Assembly (NCBI GenBank): GCA_963666205.1
Contig: OY762654.1
Coordinates: 1,984,001-2,048,000 of the forward strand
Direction: 5' to 3'
Length of the DNA stretch: 64,000 nt
Origin: Synergistales bacterium
Lineage (GTDB): Bacteria; Synergistota; Synergistia; Synergistales; JAFGMB01
The position numbers and the translations under genes are program-made. Position 1 is the first letter of the stretch, and each line of letters starts with the position of its first letter. Under the pieces are notes generated by a model. The model had not been told where the DNA came from, did no database searches, and worked only from the letters and a program-made list of their open reading frames with translations. Positions 58,259-64,000 of the stretch are shown here, piece after piece.

Positions 58259-59499
58259 AGAAGATATTCCTGTCCCTTCTGGTAATCGTTTTCGGAGTAG
58301 GAGGGTTCCTGTTTTTTTACGGTAATAAGGGTAATTCCATTACAGTGGATAACACAACGGTTACAAAGGGAGATATCATAAAGGCCGTATCCGCTACTGG
58401 AACCCTTGAAGCAGTTAACACTGTCAATATTGGAGCCCAGGTTTCAGGCACAATAAAAAATATTTATGTTGACTATAATTCCACGGTTAAAAAGGGAGAC
58501 CTTCTTGCCGAGATAGATCCATCCCTCCTGTCTGCAAGGGTCAGGCAATCCAGGGCTGATGTTATGGCTGCAAAGGCAAATATACAGGAAGCACAGTCCA
58601 GTGTTAAGAATGCAAAAAAGACCAGGGATCGTAACAAAGAGCTTTTTGTGAGGGATCTCATAGCAGAGAGCGAACTTGATTCAGCCCAGACAGACTATGA
58701 AACAGCCATGGCAAAGCTGAATTCAGCCAAAGCTAATCTTGCCCAGGCTGAGGCAGACCTTGAATATGATGAAACCACCCTTGGTTATACAAAGATAATT
58801 TCTCCAATAAATGGTGTTGTTACAGACAGGGCAATAGATGAAGGACAGACGGTCAATTCCAGTCAGTCAGCACCCACTCTTTTCACTATAGCTGAAGATC
58901 TTGCCAGGATGCAGGTAGAGGCTGATATAGATGAGGCTGATATCGGCCAGATCAGAAAGGCTCAGGCTGTAGAATTCACCGTAGATGCCTATCCGGACCT
59001 GTCCTTTAACGGAGAAGTTGATGAGATAAGACTTGCACCTAATACTGAAGGGAATGTGGTAACCTACACCGTTATAGTGAAGGTTCATAACCCTGACCTG
59101 AAGCTTATGCCTGGAATGACTGCTAATGTTTCCATAATTTCCCAAAAACGGGAGGGAGTTTTCAGGGTTGCCAATTCGGCATTCAAATTTAAACCAGTAA
59201 CAAGTCTGATGGAGATGCCAGAAAGTCCTGGTGCAGCGGAGGGAGCCCAGCCCGGAAAGCAGGGACGGAGGCGGGAAGGTGCAGAGGTTGTCCGAAATGG
59301 TTCCGGTACCCCCAGGACCCTCTGGATCTACGAAAACGGAAAACTGAAGCCTCTTCCTGTAAAGACAGGTATCTCAGACGGTATGTATACTGAAATCTCA
59401 GGCGAACTTACCGAAGGTCTTGAAGTTGTTGTCAGCATATCTGGTGCTGACGATTCAAAAAAAGGAGGTTCTCCCTTTGGCTTTGGTCCTCGTAGATGA
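58255..59499 (+). CDS. MacA-like periplasmic adaptor (membrane fusion protein)
   Basis: IGAQVSG, VKKGDLLAEID, SPINGVV, DEADIG, LMPGMTANV. Confidence 0.92.
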   Translation: MKKIFLSLLVIVFGVGGFLFFYGNKGNSITVDNTTVTKGDIIKAVSATGTLEAVNTVNIGAQVSGTIKNIYVDYNSTVKKGDLLAEIDPSLLSARVRQSRADVMAAKANIQEAQSSVKNAKKTRDRNKELFVRDLIAESELDSAQTDYETAMAKLNSAKANLAQAEADLEYDETTLGYTKIISPINGVVTDRAIDEGQTVNSSQSAPTLFTIAEDLARMQVEADIDEADIGQIRKAQAVEFTVDAYPDLSFNGEVDEIRLAPNTEGNVVTYTVIVKVHNPDLKLMPGMTANVSIISQKREGVFRVANSAFKFKPVTSLMEMPESPGAAEGAQPGKQGRRREGAEVVRNGSGTPRTLWIYENGKLKPLPVKTGISDGMYTEISGELTEGLEVVVSISGADDSKKGGSPFGFGPRR

Positions 59500-60166
59500 T
59501 ATTCACAAGAGCTATTGCCTTGGTGATGTACAGGTCCATGCTCTGCAGGGGGTCAGTTTCTCCATAGGAGAAGGAGAGTTTGTCTCCATAATGGGGGCTT
59601 CGGGCTCTGGTAAATCTACCCTTATGAATATTATAGGCTGCCTGGATATTCCCAGCAAAGGTAAGTATATCCTGAACGGAGAGGACGTAAGCAGGCTTGG
59701 ATCAGATCAGCTTGCGGATATCAGGAAGAATACCATAGGATTTGTATTTCAGGGATTTAATCTTCTTCCAAAGATGTCAGCCCTTGAAAATGTGGAACTT
59801 CCCATGCTCTACAAAGGAGTTGGAGCTAAAAAACGGAGGGAAGGAGCCATGGAGGCTCTTAAAAAAGTTGATCTGGAGGATAGGGCAGAACACCAGCCCC
59901 ATCAGCTTTCAGGAGGACAGCAGCAGAGGGTGGCAATCGCCAGGGCTCTGGCAAACGATGCTCCCATTATCCTTGCAGATGAGCCAACGGGAAACCTGGA
60001 CAGCCATACAAGTGAAGAGGTTATGAAACTCTTTGTACGTCTCAATGAAGAGACAGGAAAAACGATAATCCAGGTCACCCATGAACCCGACATGGCACAT
60101 TTCGGCAGGCGGATCTTGACTTTCCGTGATGGAAGAATGTTAAGGGATGAAAAGGTGAGAACATAA
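59477..60166 (+). CDS. MacB/LolD-type ABC ATP-binding protein
   Basis: GASGSGKST, LSGGQQQRVAIARAL, ILADEPTGNLD; TTG start after AGGAGG. Confidence 0.92.
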   Translation: MALVLVDDIHKSYCLGDVQVHALQGVSFSIGEGEFVSIMGASGSGKSTLMNIIGCLDIPSKGKYILNGEDVSRLGSDQLADIRKNTIGFVFQGFNLLPKMSALENVELPMLYKGVGAKKRREGAMEALKKVDLEDRAEHQPHQLSGGQQQRVAIARALANDAPIILADEPTGNLDSHTSEEVMKLFVRLNEETGKTIIQVTHEPDMAHFGRRILTFRDGRMLRDEKVRT

Positions 60167-61392
60167 TGATGAGTATTGTCGAAACATCCAGGATATCCTT
60201 TCGTGCACTCAGGGCGAACAAAACCCGTTCTGCTCTCACCATGCTTGGAATAGTCATAGGAGTCATGGCCGTCATCATTATGTTCGCAGTGGGGACTGGT
60301 GCTAACAGACAGATAAGCCAGCAGTTCGCGAGCCTTGGTACTAATATCCTGATGGTAAGACCAGGGGCTGACAGGGGACCTGGCGGAGGTTCAAGAAATA
60401 CAGTTAATACCCTTGTTGTCGAAGATGCCTATTCCATTATGGAGAATTGCAGTGCAGTAGCGTATGCAGCACCCGTTTATGGCGGAAATGCCCAGACCGT
60501 TTACGGAAATACCAATTACCCGGCCAAAGTCACTGGTACAACCCTGGATTATTTTGCCATCCAGGACTGGGAACTGGTCTCTGGAAGAGTCTTTACTGAA
60601 CAGGATGTCCGAAGTGCCACAAAGGTCTGTGTGATAGGTCAGACTATTGTTGAAGAACTTTTTGGAGGAGAAGATCCTCTGGGAAAGATCATTCGTGTTA
60701 AAAAGATCCCCATGGTGGTGATCGGGGTCCTTGAAGAATTGGGTGACAGTCCAAGGGGAGATGATCAGGATAATGTTGTGATCGTTCCCGTATCAACGGC
60801 TCAGAGGAGGATGTTCAGTCCACCCAGACCTGATAGTGTTTCCATGATATCCGTCAAGGCGATAGACGAGACCCATCTCGATATTGCCCAGAAACAGATA
60901 GAGGATCTTCTTGCCCTTCGCCATAGGATCAGACCAGGACAGGATAACGATTTTTCTGTCAGAAATCTTACCCAGTTCGTAGAATCCGCTAAAAGTGCGA
61001 CGACCGTCATGACCATGCTTCTTACCGCAGTTGCTGGAGTTTCCCTGCTTGTAGGCGGGATAGGAATAATGAACATAATGCTTGTTTCCGTAACAGAGAG
61101 AACGAGAGAAATAGGTATAAGAATGGCTGTTGGTGCAAAGAGTTCGGATATAAGACTTCAGTTTCTGGTAGAGGCCCTGACCCTTTCCCTTCTTGGTGGA
61201 ATGATCGGGATAGTTCTCGGGGTCGGCGGGGCGCAGTTTATCTCGACAGGATTTGGCTGGGCTACCGAGGTGTCTCTAATGTCTGTTCTTCTCTCTTTTG
61301 GGTTTTCCGGTTTCGTGGGTATATTTTTCGGTTATTACCCCGCCTGGAAGGCTTCTCTTCTGAACCCCATCGATGCCTTGCGGTACGAATAG
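60166..61392 (+). CDS. MacB-type ABC permease (FtsX-like)
   Basis: RSALTMLGIVIG, GGIGIMNIMLVSVTERTREIGIR, PIDALRYE. Confidence 0.95.
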   Translation: MMSIVETSRISFRALRANKTRSALTMLGIVIGVMAVIIMFAVGTGANRQISQQFASLGTNILMVRPGADRGPGGGSRNTVNTLVVEDAYSIMENCSAVAYAAPVYGGNAQTVYGNTNYPAKVTGTTLDYFAIQDWELVSGRVFTEQDVRSATKVCVIGQTIVEELFGGEDPLGKIIRVKKIPMVVIGVLEELGDSPRGDDQDNVVIVPVSTAQRRMFSPPRPDSVSMISVKAIDETHLDIAQKQIEDLLALRHRIRPGQDNDFSVRNLTQFVESAKSATTVMTMLLTAVAGVSLLVGGIGIMNIMLVSVTERTREIGIRMAVGAKSSDIRLQFLVEALTLSLLGGMIGIVLGVGGAQFISTGFGWATEVSLMSVLLSFGFSGFVGIFFGYYPAWKASLLNPIDALRYE

Positions 61393-61458
61393 ATCTTCCT
61401 GTTTAGTATTTCCTTTAAAAGATGCAGGGTAAGCTCATCGGGAGGTTTTCTTGCCCTG

Positions 61459-61496
61459 CTTTACATTTCTTTACAAGTCTTGACAGCATCTTTAGA
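61459..61496 (+). promoter_or_regulatory. Phased CTTTACA repeats overlapping TTGACA (CpxR/OmpR-like site)
   Basis: CTTTACA-TTT-CTTTACA-AGT-CTTGACA-GCAT-CTTTAGA. Confidence 0.5.
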
Positions 61497-61564
61497 TAAA
61501 AAAGATATCCTTGTATTCGAGAGAAAAAATGAATTTTGAAACCCCAAAAAAGAGGTGAACCGTT

Positions 61565-62239
61565 ATGAAAATGAAGATACTCTTCGTAATACTATTGGGT
61601 ATAACCCTTGTATTTCCTGTTCTATCTCCCGGTTATGCCGGTCCCAAACAGGGGAAGCCCGAATATGAGAAACGGGAGGATAAACGGGAAGACCGCCATG
61701 AGGATCGCCTTGAAGAAATTGTCGTACGGGAAGTGGTAAGGGGATTGGTTAGGGTACTTACAGCACCTGACAGGCCTTATGGAGAAAGGGTAATAATCGT
61801 AGATAATTCTCAGAAGAAAAAAGTTATTGAAAATAAAGATCGCGTGGTTGTCCTGGTAGCCGATGATGATTTCCAGATCGAAGTTGACGAAGGGACAGAA
61901 GTGGTCAATATAAACAGGGGAACAAAGGTTGAGGTCGAAGAAGGAACCCAGATCATCGTAGCAGGAGATAATAGGGAAATAGAGATAGAAGAGGGAGCAA
62001 CACTTCTTGTCGTAAGGGACTATCCTGCGATAATACCCAGATCTTCTCCGGTGATGGTTAGAGTTGTAACTGTAAGATCCAGGCCCGTGGTTTTAAGGCG
62101 CCCTGTCAGGTTTATACATGTTTATCGTAATTATGAATGTCGCGACTATCATCGTTACGACAGGGTAGTGATCAGGCCAAAGGTCAAAATACAGCATAAT
62201 AATAAGGTGAAAGTTAAACATTATAAAGTTTATTACTGA
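61565..62239 (+). CDS. Hypothetical exported protein with short internal beta repeats
   Basis: GAGGTG RBS; signal peptide ending GYA; repeats IEVDEGTEVV / VEVEEGTQII / IEIEEGATLL; basic C-terminus. Confidence 0.75.
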   Translation: MKMKILFVILLGITLVFPVLSPGYAGPKQGKPEYEKREDKREDRHEDRLEEIVVREVVRGLVRVLTAPDRPYGERVIIVDNSQKKKVIENKDRVVVLVADDDFQIEVDEGTEVVNINRGTKVEVEEGTQIIVAGDNREIEIEEGATLLVVRDYPAIIPRSSPVMVRVVTVRSRPVVLRRPVRFIHVYRNYECRDYHRYDRVVIRPKVKIQHNNKVKVKHYKVYY

Positions 62240-62400
62240 TCTGGAGGATGATCCATAAGGTTTCTGCTGATTTTCCAGTGTTTCTTGATTCAATCTTCAG
62301 ATTAAACCGGAAATATTAAATTACCTCCCTGAAAGTTGCTGATAATGTGATTTTAGTATATGCGACTTTCTTCTCTCATTTCACAACATCCTCATTAAAG

Positions 62401-62426
62401 GAGGGGACCTTTTAAAGGGTCCCCTC
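62401..62426. terminator. Hairpin between convergent genes
   Basis: GAGGGGACCTTT-TA-AAGGGTCCCCTC. Confidence 0.65.
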
Positions 62427-62461
62427 CTTCTGCATCTATTTATTATTCAGTCAGCCCTTCA

Positions 62462-63391
62462 CTATCCCTGGCAGCAGGAACTGTCTTTCCTGCCGACGCT
62501 GCTTGCGGCGAGGTGGCTCATGACATGAAGTCCGTAGGACTCCATGTCTCTGGCAACCGAGACGGTTTTGAGAAGATCTACACCGGTATTGACCCCTATC
62601 CTGTCAAGGAAGTTGACAAGATCTTCAGTAGCTGCGTTCCCTGCTGCACCTGGAGCAAACGGGCATCCTCCAAGACCGCCAGCAGCGGAGTCAAAACAGT
62701 TGAATCCAAGATGTAAGGCTGCCATTGTGTTTACCATTGCCATTCCATGGGTATCGTGTAGATGAAGGTAGAAGGGATAGTCCCCGTATTTCTCCCTTAC
62801 CAGGGAGAGGGTCCTTGTCACTTCGGCCGGGTCTGCTGTTCCGATGGTATCAGCCAGAGTTACGCCCTGAACTCCAATTTCAAATATGGCATCGAGAACT
62901 TTTGTTACCACTTCAGGAGCAACGGCTCCATCAAAGGGACATTCAAAGGCGGTAGCCACGGAAACGCAGAGTTTTGTATCTCCCTTTATTGCGGCGACTC
63001 TTCTGAGCTCCTCCAGGGATTCTTCCACGGTCCTCCGGGTATTTGCCCTGTTGTGGGCCTCACTTGCGGACAGCACGAAGTTGATCCAGTCAGGATCTGT
63101 TTTGAGGGCATTCTCGGCACCTCTGAGGTTAGGTATGAGTACTACGGATTCGACCTTGCCCTTCCATTTCCTGTTGAACTCTTTCATTACTTCAGATGCA
63201 TCTGCTAACTGGGGAATGGCTTTAGGGCTCACAAAGGAAGTGACTTCCATTATGGATACACCTGTTTCAGCAAGGGCATCTATGAATTTCACCTTATCTT
63301 CTGTAGGTATAAATTCTTTAACACTCTGGAAACCGTCCCTGGGGCAAACCTCACGAACAGTTACTGAGCGCGGTATCTGCATGTCCATCAT
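62462..63391 (-). CDS. Hydroxymethylglutaryl-CoA lyase family protein
   Basis: EVCPRDGFQ, TSFVSPKAIPQL, LADTIG, HLHDT, GGLGGCPFAPGAAGNAATEDL. Confidence 0.92.
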   Translation of the reverse strand: MMDMQIPRSVTVREVCPRDGFQSVKEFIPTEDKVKFIDALAETGVSIMEVTSFVSPKAIPQLADASEVMKEFNRKWKGKVESVVLIPNLRGAENALKTDPDWINFVLSASEAHNRANTRRTVEESLEELRRVAAIKGDTKLCVSVATAFECPFDGAVAPEVVTKVLDAIFEIGVQGVTLADTIGTADPAEVTRTLSLVREKYGDYPFYLHLHDTHGMAMVNTMAALHLGFNCFDSAAGGLGGCPFAPGAAGNAATEDLVNFLDRIGVNTGVDLLKTVSVARDMESYGLHVMSHLAASSVGRKDSSCCQG

Positions 63392-64000
63392 CAGAGAACA
63401 CCTTCTCCTTCAAGTTCTTTGACCTTTTCCGCGTCGAGGCCGAGAAGTTCGCCAAGGATTTCGACATTATGCTGTCCAAGAAGGGGAGCGGGAGTCCTGA
63501 CTGAAGCCGGGGTATCGGAAAGCTTGATATGGCTTCCGGTTACGGTGAGGTCTCCAGCAACAGGATGATGGGTATTGACGAACATTTCCCTGGCTTCGGC
63601 TATATGAGGATCCTTTACGATCTTATCGATGGTCATTATGGGGGCGCAGGGTACACCTGCTTTATTTACAAGGTCAAGGACTTCCTCCACGGTACGTTCC
63701 ATGGTCCATTCTTCAATAATGGCTTTGAGTTCTTCGTGTCTTTCTATCCGATCCTGAACTTTGATGTATTCCGGGGCTTCTGCAAGCTCTGGTTTTCCCA
63801 TGGCTGCGCAAAAATTCTGCCATAGTTTGTCGTTCCCTGCTCCAATTACAAGGCTGCCATCGGAAGCCCTGAAGGAATCGTAGGGATAGGTGGATTCATA
63901 TCGGTTGCCTATCCTCTGGGGAACCCTTCCTTCTACAAGGTAGATCATATTGATGATCTCGAGGCTGGCGACAGCGGAATCTACAAGGGCCACATCCACC
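63391..64000 (-). CDS. CaiB/BaiF (class III) CoA-transferase, C-terminal part (gene begins beyond the window)
   Basis: GNRY..TYPYDSF, AGVPCAPI, PAPLLGQHN. Confidence 0.9.
   Translation of the reverse strand, partial: VDVALVDSAVASLEIINMIYLVEGRVPQRIGNRYESTYPYDSFRASDGSLVIGAGNDKLWQNFCAAMGKPELAEAPEYIKVQDRIERHEELKAIIEEWTMERTVEEVLDLVNKAGVPCAPIMTIDKIVKDPHIAEAREMFVNTHHPVAGDLTVTGSHIKLSDTPASVRTPAPLLGQHNVEILGELLGLDAEKVKELEGEGVL

Overview
A 64 kb chromosomal window from an anaerobic diderm bacterium, most likely phylum Synergistota (inferred from repeated Synerg-CTERM-type C-terminal sorting tails plus a TolC). No rRNA, tRNA, CRISPR array or intact mobile element was seen. From left to right it holds: a tandem array of beta-helix surface proteins with sorting tails and an IS1182-like remnant; TetR/methyltransferase and MATE/MarR units; a gene missed by the ORF track (7789-8184, minus) with an in-frame UGA and a SECIS-like hairpin, a likely secreted selenoprotein; a GntR operon built around a PurN-like formyltransferase fused to an ADP-forming acyl-CoA synthetase; and an Fe3+-type ABC transporter. 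Next comes a ~23 kb amino-acid/opine catabolic region with five ornithine cyclodeaminase/mu-crystallin paralogues, an opine dehydrogenase, a TAXI-TRAP transporter, three RpiR regulators and three EamA exporters. It ends with butanediol dehydrogenase, a decayed surface-protein pseudogene, an Arn-like amino-sugar modification operon with an embedded BKACE gene plus rfbAB, a TolC-MacAB-type exporter and an HMG-CoA lyase/CoA-transferase pair. All family calls are from motif recognition by eye; no database searches were run.
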